A stretch of 64,000 nt of DNA from Candidatus Moranbacteria bacterium GW2011_GWE2_35_2- (GCA_000990585.1 LBQD01000004.1:41707-105706); one strand, 5' to 3'; numbered from the stretch's first letter, positions 50,863 through 60,129 are shown. Numbers and translations: made by a program. The notes: generated from the sequence alone by a model not told the origin.

Positions 50863-50934
50863 GCGGGTGTCGTATAGTGGCTATTACCACAGCCTTCCAA
50901 GCTGTTGACGACGGTTCGATTCCGTTCACCCGCT
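50863..50934 (+). tRNA. tRNA-Gly (anticodon UCC)
   Basis: Manual cloverleaf: acceptor GCGGGTG/CACCCGC, D arm GTAT-AGTGGCTAT-TAC, anticodon stem ACAGC/GCTGT with loop CTTCCAA, T arm GACGG-TTCGATT-CCGTT, discriminator U, no encoded CCA. Promoter TGGACA-16-TATAAT at about 50678-50706. Confidence 0.8.
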
Positions 50935-51054
50935 CAAAAAAATAATGACGGTTCTCCCCCTAACAGGCGACAAGGATTCCGTTCACCCGCTCAAAAAAAT
51001 AATGACGGTTCTCCCCCCCCTAACAGGCGACAAGGATTCCGTTCACCCGCTCCG
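50935..51054 (+). repeat. Two tandem approx 57-60-bp units each ending with a copy of the tRNA-Gly 3' terminal 19 nt (GGATTCCGTTCACCCGCT)
   Basis: CAAAAAAATAATGACGGTTCTCCCCCTAACAGGCGACAAGGATTCCGTTCACCCGCT repeated twice (second with CCC expansion). Confidence 0.7.
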
Positions 51055-51065
51055 ATGTAAAACTA

Positions 51066-51095
51066 AAAACCGCGCTTTTTGGAGCGCGGTTTTTA
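51066..51095. terminator. Bidirectional terminator AAAAACCGCGC-tttttgga-GCGCGGTTTTT
   Basis: Read from sequence. Confidence 0.6.
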
Positions 51096-52133
51096 GTTTT
51101 TGAGCAGATCTATGATTTTTGATAATTTCATTTCTTTCCACTGAGTGTTGATGAGGTAGTTTTTCAGTTTTTCGATTGGTGAGAATGTTTTCGGTTGGCA
51201 AACTGAATTGTAGGCGGCGATGTCTTCTTGTGTGAGTGAAGGGTTTTCAATATCTTGCTGGTCCATTAAGTAATACATAAGCGAAGCCGGATTATCTTTG
51301 ATATGTTCTTCGATTCCCAATGCGTGTCCCATTTCATGCGCCAGCACCAAGCGCAAATCTTCCTTTTCCTTGAATTCAAAAATAGTAATGCCTTGAAGTG
51401 GCGGATAATACAACCCTTGCACGAAAGGTTTCGCCTCGCCGTATTTTTCTTTGAAAGTTTCAATGACTTTATTGACGTTGGCGGTTTTGATGTTGAGTTT
51501 TTGTGCTAGATTGTTTAGTTTGTCGGCAGTATCGTTTACTGTTTGGCTGGCGATTTGAAGTTTTTTTTGCAATTTTTTCAGCGCATCCTCCTTGTCTTTT
51601 AGTTCCTCATACTCTTTGGTGGATGTCCGGTCGCTGGAATTCCAATCAGCCACAGCTTCGTTGTATTCATCTAATTTCTGGTTGAATTCTTTTTTCAGCA
51701 AATTAAATTGATTCATTTCTTTTTCGTATTGGTTTTTGAACATTTGGTAATCATTTTCCAATAATGTTGATTCTTTTTCATAGGTGCCGATATTTTTTTC
51801 CAAATCTTGCGCTTCATAGGTCATTTGTTGGCGCTGGTCGAATTCGGTTTTTATTTGAAACGAGGATTGTGGATCAAAAACGAACACGTCTTTGCCCAAA
51901 GCATTTTCCCAGATCTTTTCCGCTTCAAAAGCGGCTTGGCGGAATTGTTTGGTATCAAGAGGAAACCGACTGTCGATTTTTCCTAAGCTCCAATGGATTG
52001 GTGTGTCGCATCCTGGGTGATTGGGAGAAATATTAAAAAGATTGGGGAAGACGAAAAACGCCATACCAATGCCGATGGCGCCAAAAATGGCAATTATTGC
52101 AAGAAAAAAATATTTTTTCAAAAAATTTAACAT
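51093..52133 (-). CDS. Membrane-anchored zincin metalloprotease (HExxHxxGxxH, metzincin-like) with central coiled coil
   Basis: Start MLNFLKKYFFLAIIAIFGAIGIG (TM); C-terminal LVLAHEMGHALGIEEH; coiled-coil KEYEELKDKEDALKKLQKKLQIASQ. ORF-track extension to 52430 has no plausible N-terminus. Confidence 0.65.
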   Translation of the reverse strand: MLNFLKKYFFLAIIAIFGAIGIGMAFFVFPNLFNISPNHPGCDTPIHWSLGKIDSRFPLDTKQFRQAAFEAEKIWENALGKDVFVFDPQSSFQIKTEFDQRQQMTYEAQDLEKNIGTYEKESTLLENDYQMFKNQYEKEMNQFNLLKKEFNQKLDEYNEAVADWNSSDRTSTKEYEELKDKEDALKKLQKKLQIASQTVNDTADKLNNLAQKLNIKTANVNKVIETFKEKYGEAKPFVQGLYYPPLQGITIFEFKEKEDLRLVLAHEMGHALGIEEHIKDNPASLMYYLMDQQDIENPSLTQEDIAAYNSVCQPKTFSPIEKLKNYLINTQWKEMKLSKIIDLLKN

Positions 52134-52199
52134 AAAGAAATTATATTTTTTATACCACAAATTATTGTTTTTTGAAAGAATATGATGTATAATAATATT

Positions 52200-52493
52200 A
52201 TGGAAAACAAAAAAGAAAAACTTGAAAAAATAATTTTTGCCAGCGACTTGCCTGAACACGATAAGAAAAAATGGTTTGAATTTTTTGATGTTAACGCGCC
52301 GGAGGCGTGGGATGTGTATTTGGAAATATTTTCCGTTTTTCCTGAAGAAATCGGATGGTTTAACCAAATAATGAAAAGAAAAGTCGCTGCGATGATTTTG
52401 ATGAAAGAAGGCAATCAAAAAGGGGAACAAGAGATAAAAAATATTATTGAAGAAGAAAAGAAAAAAATAATTGAATTGGCGGAGAGAATATAA
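52200..52493 (+). CDS. Hypothetical small acidic protein
   Basis: MENKKEKLEKIIFASDLPEHDKKKWFEFFD...; divergent from metalloprotease; no known motif. Confidence 0.35.
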   Translation: MENKKEKLEKIIFASDLPEHDKKKWFEFFDVNAPEAWDVYLEIFSVFPEEIGWFNQIMKRKVAAMILMKEGNQKGEQEIKNIIEEEKKKIIELAERI

Positions 52494-52510
52494 TTTGATT
52501 TGTAATCATT

Positions 52511-53542
52511 ATGTTTGAATTTTTAAAACCAAAACAAGAGCAAAAGTCGAAAAAAATAGAAGTGCAAGTTATTGATGAAAATTCGAAAGATGGCAGGAAT
52601 AAGAATGCCGGAAATGAAAATGAAATTGAAGGTAATGAAGAAAGGAGAGATTTGACAGAAAAGATGGCAATAGAAGAGTTGAAAGTTTTAATCTCGGACG
52701 GTGAGGCGGTTGTGAAAGAGGGAGAGGTTAATAATCCGGAAAGTCAAGAAAAAAGAAGTTTATTTGTGCGAAAGATGGCTGCTTTGTGCGTGGCAACAAC
52801 TATTTTTGCCGGAGCATTGGCGGGGGCGCCGATGAAGGCGGAAGCGGGAGGTAGGCATAGTGGGATTGATTTTTCTGATGTTATTGAAACTATGGCTGGG
52901 ATTGCGACGATAAAAATAGTAGACGGAGTTGCATCGGGAGTCGCGAGAGGGGCTTATTCCGGAATGGCACAGGCAACAGAAAAAGTTATCTTGAATTCTG
53001 CCGGAATTGAAACCTCACAGCAACGCTATGACCGATATCGAGATGAAGCGATGCGCGGCGGTTATTATGGGCAACCTGCGTATGCATATCCGCAAGGAGG
53101 AGGGTATGTTCATTTGTCAGGTTCAAATCATCATTTGCCTCCCAGGCGTGTTATCGTGCAACAGCCGGCATATTCTGCGGAAAATTATGCGCCCGCTCAA
53201 GTTCCGCCGGGATATCACGAGCGCGGATCTTTGCAAAGATCTGAACGGCAAGAAAGTTTGAGTGGTATGGAAGCGGAATATCAAAAAGAATTGGTAAAAG
53301 CAGGAAAAGAATTGGACGCGGAAAAAGACAAAATATTTAATAAATATGTGGATTCATCAGGAAAATCTGGAGAAATGAGCAAAGAAGAGTATGACGAATT
53401 TGTTAAGCGGGCTGAGGAAAAACACAAGTCGCAAGTGGAAACATTGGAAAAAACATATTTTGGCAAGCAAGAACAAACCGATGATCTTGGAGAAAACTTT
53501 GAAAATGGTAAATGGAAGCCACAAGATAGGGATGATTTGTAA
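52511..53542 (+). CDS. Hypothetical protein with one TM segment and low-complexity Q/Y/G/P-rich region
   Basis: MAALCVATTIFAGALAGAPMKAEA (TM/signal-like), GGYYGQPAYAYPQGGGY; GC-rich core. Confidence 0.45.
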   Translation: MFEFLKPKQEQKSKKIEVQVIDENSKDGRNKNAGNENEIEGNEERRDLTEKMAIEELKVLISDGEAVVKEGEVNNPESQEKRSLFVRKMAALCVATTIFAGALAGAPMKAEAGGRHSGIDFSDVIETMAGIATIKIVDGVASGVARGAYSGMAQATEKVILNSAGIETSQQRYDRYRDEAMRGGYYGQPAYAYPQGGGYVHLSGSNHHLPPRRVIVQQPAYSAENYAPAQVPPGYHERGSLQRSERQESLSGMEAEYQKELVKAGKELDAEKDKIFNKYVDSSGKSGEMSKEEYDEFVKRAEEKHKSQVETLEKTYFGKQEQTDDLGENFENGKWKPQDRDDL

Positions 53543-53638
53543 ATAAAATTTTAGATAAAAAAAATCAAAAAATCCGGATAATTTCCGGATTTTTTTGCAA
53601 AGATTATAAAAAAATACCCAGTGTGGTATAATTTATTT

Positions 53639-54142
53639 ATGAATAAAAGAGAAATCATCACAAATAGCGCCGAGCAGACCAAGAAATTGGGCTTGGAGAT
53701 GGCGGAAAAAATACTTTCCGGAGAGGCAAAAGAAAGGGTGATTTGTCTTTCGGGTGATTTGGGCGCGGGAAAAACCACCTTTACGCAGGGGCTTTTGGAG
53801 GGATTGGGAGCGGAAGGACCCTTTGTGAGTCCGACGTTTATGATAATGAAGCAATATAAAATACCAACAATAAACAACAAACAACAAACAACAACAAGAA
53901 ATAAAAAGACTGGGTTGTCGGTGGTTAGTTGTAGGTTGTCAGTGCTTTTTCACATTGACGCGTATCGGGTTGAGGCGGAGGATATTTTGGAGTTGGGATG
54001 GGAAGAGATGATTTCCCAGTCGGGTAATGTTATAATAGTGGAGTGGGCGGAAAGGATTGAGAGTCTGATTCCTGCTGATGCGATTTGGATGGAATTTGAA
54101 TGGAAAAATGAAAAGGAGAGGATAATTAGAATTAAGAATTAA
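53639..54142 (+). CDS. tsaE: tRNA threonylcarbamoyladenosine biosynthesis protein TsaE
   Basis: VICLSGDLGAGKTTFTQGLLEGLG (P-loop), VSPTFMIMKQY, HIDAYR..., with an about 30-aa basic insertion; extended -10 TGGTATAAT upstream. Confidence 0.8.
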   Translation: MNKREIITNSAEQTKKLGLEMAEKILSGEAKERVICLSGDLGAGKTTFTQGLLEGLGAEGPFVSPTFMIMKQYKIPTINNKQQTTTRNKKTGLSVVSCRLSVLFHIDAYRVEAEDILELGWEEMISQSGNVIIVEWAERIESLIPADAIWMEFEWKNEKERIIRIKN

Positions 54143-54153
54143 GAATAAAAAAT

Positions 54154-54867
54154 ATGAAAAAAACATCAATATTAATAATTTTAATTTCTGTGCTGTTTTT
54201 GTCGGGGTGTTCTTTGGGTTCAAGGGAAGTGAAGATAGAAAAGCCTGCTTTAGAAAGCAACGCGATTTCTATTTTGGATATCCAAAAGAAGGCTGAGCAG
54301 AATGTCAAAGATGCCGCACAAAAAGAGCAGGAAAAAATCAACAAAGCTATGGAAAATGCAGGACTCGATGATTTGTCTTTTGTAAAAAAATATTCTAAGG
54401 CGACAATTAAAACAAATATGGGAAATATCGAGGTGGAATTTTTCGGAAAAGACAGTCCGATTACGGTGAATAACTTTATGAAATTGGCCAGTGAAGGATT
54501 TTATGATGGGACAAAATTTCATCGAGTGATCAAGGATTTTATGATTCAAGGAGGAGATCCAAATTCAAAGGATGACGATTGGTCTGATGATGGTATGGGC
54601 GGACCGGGATATGCTTTCAAGGATGAGTTTAATTCGAAAAAATTGGTACGCGGTTCTTTAGCGATGGCGAACTCCGGACCAAATACCAACGGCAGTCAAT
54701 TTTTCGTTGTTACTGCCGAGGAAACTCCATGGCTTGACGGCAAGCATACCAATTTCGGAAAGGTGACTGATGGAATGGATGTGGTGGATAAAATTGAGGC
54801 GATGGAAGCTAATGAAAACGACCATCCTCTGAAAGACGCGGTTATTAAAGGAATAGAATTGAAATAG
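54154..54867 (+). CDS. Peptidyl-prolyl cis-trans isomerase, cyclophilin type, lipoprotein
   Basis: Lipobox LFLSGCS; FHRVIKDFMIQGGDP, GSLAMANSGPNTNGSQFFV, WLDGKHTNFGKV. Confidence 0.9.
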   Translation: MKKTSILIILISVLFLSGCSLGSREVKIEKPALESNAISILDIQKKAEQNVKDAAQKEQEKINKAMENAGLDDLSFVKKYSKATIKTNMGNIEVEFFGKDSPITVNNFMKLASEGFYDGTKFHRVIKDFMIQGGDPNSKDDDWSDDGMGGPGYAFKDEFNSKKLVRGSLAMANSGPNTNGSQFFVVTAEETPWLDGKHTNFGKVTDGMDVVDKIEAMEANENDHPLKDAVIKGIELK

Positions 54868-54932
54868 TTTCGAGGTTTTTTCTGTATGTCTTGGAAAGCC
54901 GGGAATTATGAACTATTTTTTGTTTTGAATAT

Positions 54933-57626
54933 ATGGATAAAGAAAATAAAAAGAAACTAATCTTGATTGATGGTAATGCGATTATTCATCGGGCGTATCA
55001 TGCGCTTCCTCCGCTGACGAATAAAAAAGGAGAGATGGTGAATGCGGTGTATGGATTTGCTTCAACATTACTTAGTGTAATTGAAAAATTCAAGCCGGAT
55101 TATATTGCGGCTTCTTTTGATTTGGCGGCTCCGACTTTCCGGCACAAAAAATTTGCCGATTATAAAGCAACTCGCGCTAAAGCGCCGGATGAATTATATG
55201 CGCAAATTCCCAAGGTCAAGGAGGTGGTGCGTGCTTTTAATATTCCCATTTATGAAATGGAAGGATTTGAGGCGGATGATGTGATTGGAACAATTGCAAA
55301 GCGAGAATCAAGAAGTAAGAATAAAGAATTAAATAAAAATGATATCGAAACAATAATAGTTACGGGGGATCTGGATGCGCTTCAATTGGTGGATGAAAAT
55401 ATCAAGGTGTATACGATGAGGCGGGGACTTAGCGATTCTGTTTTGTATGACGAAGCGGCGGTAAAGGAAAGGTATGGAATTTCTCCCGAACAGCTTAAGG
55501 ATTTCAAGGGATTGCGCGGGGATGCTTCGGATAATATTCCCGGAGTGAAAGGAATTGGAGAAAAGGGCGCTGTGAAATTGATTCAGGAATACGGGAGTCT
55601 GGAAAATATCTATCAAAATGTGGAAAAAATAAAAGGAGCAGTTGGGGAAAAATTAAAAAAAGACAAGGCGCAGGCGATATTGTCTAAATATTTGGGAATT
55701 ATCAAAATTGATGTTGCGCTGGATTTTGATTTGGAAAAATGCAAGACTGCTGATTTTGAGCGGGGAAAGATAGTGAAAATTTTTCAAGAATTGAATTTTT
55801 TTAGTTTAATAAAAAGAATTCCCGATAATGCGAATATGCAAATTGATGCAAATAATGAAAATATGCAGGACGGAGTTAAGGAATTTAAATATGAAAAAGT
55901 GGAAGATGTCGGGAAATTTGCAGAAGAATTGGGAAAACAAAAGGAGTTTGCTTTGAGCTTGAAAATTGGCGGCGGAGGAGATATTTCCGCAGTTTCTTTT
56001 TCTTGGAAAACCGGACGGGCGTATTCTTTATCTTGGAATAGTGAAAATAAAAAAGCGTTGAAAAATATTTTAGAAAACAAAGATATTTTCAAAATCGGAT
56101 ATAACTTGAAAGATGATTGTAAATCATTTAAAAAAGAAGAAATTGATTTGGGTGGTATTGTTTGGGATATTATGTTGGCAAAATATGTGCTTGAACCGGG
56201 AGGGAAGATTGAATTTGAAAAAATGGTTTTGGAGGAGTTGGGTGAGGAGATTCGTAAGGAAGAAAAAAAGCAGCTTACTTTGGGAATTGAAAGTGAGGAG
56301 GATGTTGTTTTTGAAAATTGTCGAAGAGTTGATTATATTTTCAAGCTCAAAAATATTTTGGAAAGAAAAATGAAAGAAGTTTGCGTCACGCAAGACGGAA
56401 AATATAATTTGCAATATGTTTTTGAGAAAGTGGAGATGCCGTTGGTGGAAATTTTAGCCCGAATGGAACTTTCCGGAGTGAAAGTTGACACTCTCATTTT
56501 GAAGGGAATTTCAGAAAAAATCGGAGATAGAATTTCCAATCTGGAAAAAAGCATATATCAGCTTTCCGGAAAAGAATTTAATATTAATTCTCCTTCCCAG
56601 CTTTCGGAAATACTTTTTAAGCATTTGAAACTTCCGACAGCGGATATCAAGAAAACTAAAACAAAATATTCCACTGCTGCTAGTGAATTGGAAAAACTTA
56701 AGGACGAGCATAAAATAATTGCCAAAATTGAAGAATATCGCGAGATTTTTAAACTCAAAACAACCTATTTGGATACTTTGCCGAAAATGGTGGATGGAAA
56801 TTCACGTATCCATACAACTTATAATCAGGCGGTGGCGGCAACCGGACGGCTTTCTTCGGAAAATCCGAATTTGCAAAATATTCCGATTCGAACAGATTTA
56901 GGGAAATTGATGCGAGTTGCTTTTTCCGCTGAAGATGGATATGTTTTTGTGAGCGCGGATTATTCACAAATAGATTTACGGGTAATGGCACATATGTCAG
57001 GCGACAAAAAAATGATCGAAGCTTTTTGGGCGCGCCAAGATATTCACCAGGCAACGGCGGCGGAAATTAATAAAGTATCCTTGTCGCAAGTAACAGAAAA
57101 GATGCGCCGAAATTCCAAAGCGCTTAATTTTGGAATCATATACGGAATGGGAACTTTCGGATTTTCGCAATCAGCGGGAATTTCTCGAGAGGAAGCAAGA
57201 AAATTCATTAGTGCGTATATGGAAAAATTTTCCGATGTGGCAAAATTCATCAAGCAAATAAAAGAACAAGCTAAAAAAGACGGATTTGTCCAGACAGAAA
57301 TCGGTCGTCGTCGGTACTTGCCGGAAATAAATTCGCCGAACTTTCAAGTCCAATCCGGAGCGGAACGGATGGCGATCAATATGCCGATCCAAGGCTTGGC
57401 GGCGGATATTATGAAACTTGCTATGATTGCGGTTTATTCTGAATATGAAAATAATCTCAATGTGAAAATGATACTTCAAATTCATGATGAAATTATTTTG
57501 GAAGTGCGAAAAGACCTGGCAGATGAAGTTTCCAAAAAGGTAAAAAATATTATGGAAAATGTTTATAAACTCAAGGTTCCGTTAGTGGTGGATGTGAAAA
57601 TTGGAGATAACTGGGGAGAGCTTTGA
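54933..57626 (+). CDS. polA: DNA polymerase I
   Basis: 5'-nuclease N-terminus (LILIDGNAIIHRAYHALPPL), polymerase motifs A (DYSQIDLRVMAHMS), B (RRNSKALNFGIIYG), C (QIHDEIILE). Confidence 0.95.
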   Translation: MDKENKKKLILIDGNAIIHRAYHALPPLTNKKGEMVNAVYGFASTLLSVIEKFKPDYIAASFDLAAPTFRHKKFADYKATRAKAPDELYAQIPKVKEVVRAFNIPIYEMEGFEADDVIGTIAKRESRSKNKELNKNDIETIIVTGDLDALQLVDENIKVYTMRRGLSDSVLYDEAAVKERYGISPEQLKDFKGLRGDASDNIPGVKGIGEKGAVKLIQEYGSLENIYQNVEKIKGAVGEKLKKDKAQAILSKYLGIIKIDVALDFDLEKCKTADFERGKIVKIFQELNFFSLIKRIPDNANMQIDANNENMQDGVKEFKYEKVEDVGKFAEELGKQKEFALSLKIGGGGDISAVSFSWKTGRAYSLSWNSENKKALKNILENKDIFKIGYNLKDDCKSFKKEEIDLGGIVWDIMLAKYVLEPGGKIEFEKMVLEELGEEIRKEEKKQLTLGIESEEDVVFENCRRVDYIFKLKNILERKMKEVCVTQDGKYNLQYVFEKVEMPLVEILARMELSGVKVDTLILKGISEKIGDRISNLEKSIYQLSGKEFNINSPSQLSEILFKHLKLPTADIKKTKTKYSTAASELEKLKDEHKIIAKIEEYREIFKLKTTYLDTLPKMVDGNSRIHTTYNQAVAATGRLSSENPNLQNIPIRTDLGKLMRVAFSAEDGYVFVSADYSQIDLRVMAHMSGDKKMIEAFWARQDIHQATAAEINKVSLSQVTEKMRRNSKALNFGIIYGMGTFGFSQSAGISREEARKFISAYMEKFSDVAKFIKQIKEQAKKDGFVQTEIGRRRYLPEINSPNFQVQSGAERMAINMPIQGLAADIMKLAMIAVYSEYENNLNVKMILQIHDEIILEVRKDLADEVSKKVKNIMENVYKLKVPLVVDVKIGDNWGEL

Positions 57627-57648
57627 GTTATGGAATGCGAATGTGAAT

Positions 57649-59100
57649 ATGAATTTGAAAAAGACAATTGAATATTTATTTTACGCGATGATGTTTTTGC
57701 TTCCCTGGCAAGGGGTTTGGATTTGGCGCGAGCCTTTTGTGGGCGGTTTCAAGTGGGAATACGGGACTGTTGGAGTTTATCTAGTCGATATTTTCATAGT
57801 TCTGTTTTTGGTGTTGGGAATGGTGAAGTATTTTAAAGATTTTAATTTTAAATTTTCAATTTTCAATTTTAAAACAATTTTTAATGACAAAATTTTCAAT
57901 TTTAAAAACTTTATACTTAATACTTTATACTTACTACTCGTTTGGTCTTTTATTTCTATCCTTTGGTCTCCTGACAAGACGCTGGCCTTTTATTTTTCTT
58001 TCAAATTATTTTTGGCAATTGGATTATTTTGGACGGTGCGAAGAATTGATTTCAGTTGGCGGAAATTCATCTTTATTTTGATGCTTGTCGGAGCGTTGCA
58101 AGGCGCGCTGGCAATCGGACAGTTTTTGACGCAAAGTGATTTTTCCAGCACGCTTTTGGGAACGAGCTGGCATATCGTTTCATCTGGCGGAACATCGGTG
58201 ATTGAAATGCCGGGTGGAAGATGGCTCCGCGCATACGGAACGTTTTCGCATCCGAATGTGCTGGGAGGTTATTTGGCAATTGTTTTGCTATTGGTTGTAA
58301 ATTTTCAATTTTCAATTTTCAATTTTCAATCAATTTTAAATGCTTTAATTTCAAAATTTAGAAATTCAGATTTGATTCAAAATTTCCGTCAAAAACGGAT
58401 CAGCCTCTGGCTGACAAAATTGGAAATTGGAAATTATAATTACGTCTTACGTCTTACGTCTTACGTCTTAATTTTCTCCGGACTGGTTGTTTCCTTTTCC
58501 CGTAGCGCTTGGATTGTTTTTGCAATCGGATTTATATTATTATTCTTATTTCAAAGAGAAAAAAGAAGAGAATTAGTGAAATTAGCCGTTGTATTTTTAG
58601 GAGTGGGATTGATTTGGTTGACTGCTTTCTCTCCTTTGTTTTTTTCCCGCATCGCCGGAGAAGAAAGATTGGAAAAAAAATCTTTCGATGACCGAAGTAC
58701 GTATGTTTTGCAATCGAAAGAAATTATAAAAGAAAATTTTTGGCTGGGAGTCGGAGCGGGAAATTATACGAAAGCAGTGGCGGATAAAAATCCACAAAAA
58801 CCAATTTGGAAAATTCAGCCGGTGCATAATGTTTTTCTGCTTGTTTGGTCGGAGCTGGGAATTATTGGATTGATTTTATTTTTGGGAGTTTTATTTTTTT
58901 CAGTGCAAACAGCTCTTAGGCTGAGTTTGGTTTCGGGCATTTTGCTCTCTACTTTTTATTTTTTGTTTTTCATTGATCATTGGCTTTGGACTTCGCATTT
59001 CGGGATTATTTTCTTTTTTTTGGTTTTGGGGTTGATAATTCTCAGTGAGAAATATGGTTTTCGAAATATTAAAAGCAAAAAATATGCCGGAATTGCCTGA
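57649..59100 (+). CDS. O-antigen ligase/polymerase family membrane protein (Wzy_C-like)
   Basis: About 12 TM helices; SRSAWIVFAIGFILLFLF in a periplasmic loop typical of Wzy_C; contains several in-frame heptamer tracts. ORF-track start 57601 overlaps polA; MNLKK at 57649 preferred. Confidence 0.65.
   Translation: MNLKKTIEYLFYAMMFLLPWQGVWIWREPFVGGFKWEYGTVGVYLVDIFIVLFLVLGMVKYFKDFNFKFSIFNFKTIFNDKIFNFKNFILNTLYLLLVWSFISILWSPDKTLAFYFSFKLFLAIGLFWTVRRIDFSWRKFIFILMLVGALQGALAIGQFLTQSDFSSTLLGTSWHIVSSGGTSVIEMPGGRWLRAYGTFSHPNVLGGYLAIVLLLVVNFQFSIFNFQSILNALISKFRNSDLIQNFRQKRISLWLTKLEIGNYNYVLRLTSYVLIFSGLVVSFSRSAWIVFAIGFILLFLFQREKRRELVKLAVVFLGVGLIWLTAFSPLFFSRIAGEERLEKKSFDDRSTYVLQSKEIIKENFWLGVGAGNYTKAVADKNPQKPIWKIQPVHNVFLLVWSELGIIGLILFLGVLFFSVQTALRLSLVSGILLSTFYFLFFIDHWLWTSHFGIIFFFLVLGLIILSEKYGFRNIKSKKYAGIA
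58441..58470. repeat. (TACGTCT)4 heptanucleotide tandem repeat inside the O-antigen-ligase-like gene
   Basis: tacgtcttacgtcttacgtcttacgtctta; unit length not a multiple of 3. Confidence 0.8.
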
Positions 59101-59968
59101 AGTGCAAACAATTGTTGACGATTTAAATAGAAAGATAAAAGGCGATACGATCGTTGATTTTTGGAGTGATTGGCCAAAAGCCATAAAAGGCGTGAATTTG
59201 AAAAAGTTTGAAGCGGAAATAAAAGGAAAAAAAATTCTCAAAGCCTGGCGGATTGGAAAAAATATGTTTGTGGATTTGTCCGGAGGAAAAACGATTTATA
59301 TTCATTTGAAAATGACAGGACACCTCTTAATAAGGACACAAGATACAAAAAACAAGATACAAAAAAATAAAAACTATTTTAATGACAGGGTTAATCAATA
59401 TATACATCATATCTGGAAACTAAAATCTGGAAAAACTTTGGAATTTTCAGATTTGCGGAAATTTGCCAAGATGGTTTTGGTGGATACGGACAAGGTAATG
59501 GAATTGCCGGAAATCAAAAAGTTGGGAGTGGACGCGATGAGCAAGGAGTTTACCTTGGAAAAATTCAGAGAACTTTTGCAAAAACGGCAAAACAAGAAGA
59601 TTGGGCTTGTTTTAATGGAACAGGAATTGATCGCCGGAATCGGAAATATTTATCGCAGTGAGATTCTTTTTGATGCGGGAATGCATCCCGAACGGTCGGT
59701 GAAATATTTGAAAAAATCGGAAGTAGGAGTACTATATGAGTCTATTTTGAAGATTCTTAAGAAAGCCATTGAGATGCGCGGCACTTCGGACAGTGATTAT
59801 CGCGACACGGACGGCGCGCCAGGAAGCTTTGGAAAAATTTTGAAAGTTTATCGTAAGGATGGAAAAATATGTTCTTGTGTGCGGAAGAAAAAAAAATGTG
59901 ATACAATAATTAAGCGGATAAAATTGGGACAAAGAAGCGTGTTTTTTTGTTCGGAATGTCAAAAATAG
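59084..59968 (+). CDS. fpg: Formamidopyrimidine-DNA glycosylase
   Basis: MPELPEVQTIV (catalytic Pro2/Glu3), H2TH region, C-terminal zinc finger CSCVRKKKKC...CSECQ. Confidence 0.9.
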   Translation: MPELPEVQTIVDDLNRKIKGDTIVDFWSDWPKAIKGVNLKKFEAEIKGKKILKAWRIGKNMFVDLSGGKTIYIHLKMTGHLLIRTQDTKNKIQKNKNYFNDRVNQYIHHIWKLKSGKTLEFSDLRKFAKMVLVDTDKVMELPEIKKLGVDAMSKEFTLEKFRELLQKRQNKKIGLVLMEQELIAGIGNIYRSEILFDAGMHPERSVKYLKKSEVGVLYESILKILKKAIEMRGTSDSDYRDTDGAPGSFGKILKVYRKDGKICSCVRKKKKCDTIIKRIKLGQRSVFFCSECQK

Positions 59969-60129
59969 TAAAATAGAATTTTTTTAAAATCTTATTTTTT
60001 ATGAATGAATATCCGAATATCGGAGGAATTAAAAAAACGAAGATAAAAAAAGAAGTTTCTGCTAATTATAGAATTAATATTAAAAAAGCGGCTTAATATA
60101 AATAATTAAAAAAGTAATAAAAAAGAAAA

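Noticed and set aside
50935-51054. Possible CRISPR array (regularly spaced repeats after the tRNA)
   Set aside because: Only two units, unit length about 57-60 bp with no distinct repeat/spacer partition, and the repeated core is the tRNA-Gly 3' end; no cas genes nearby.
52134-52430. N-terminal 98-aa extension of ORF 51093..52430 (minus)
   Set aside because: Extension has no RBS, overlaps the divergent plus-strand ORF and is not hydrophobic or signal-like; the internal start MLNFLKKYFFLAIIAIF gives a sensible TM-anchored protein.
60001-60096. 31-aa ORF (MNEYPNIGGIKKTKIKKEVSANYRINIKKAA) between fpg and the DUF3048 gene
   Set aside because: No convincing RBS, lysine-rich low-complexity product in an A-rich spacer; insufficient evidence.
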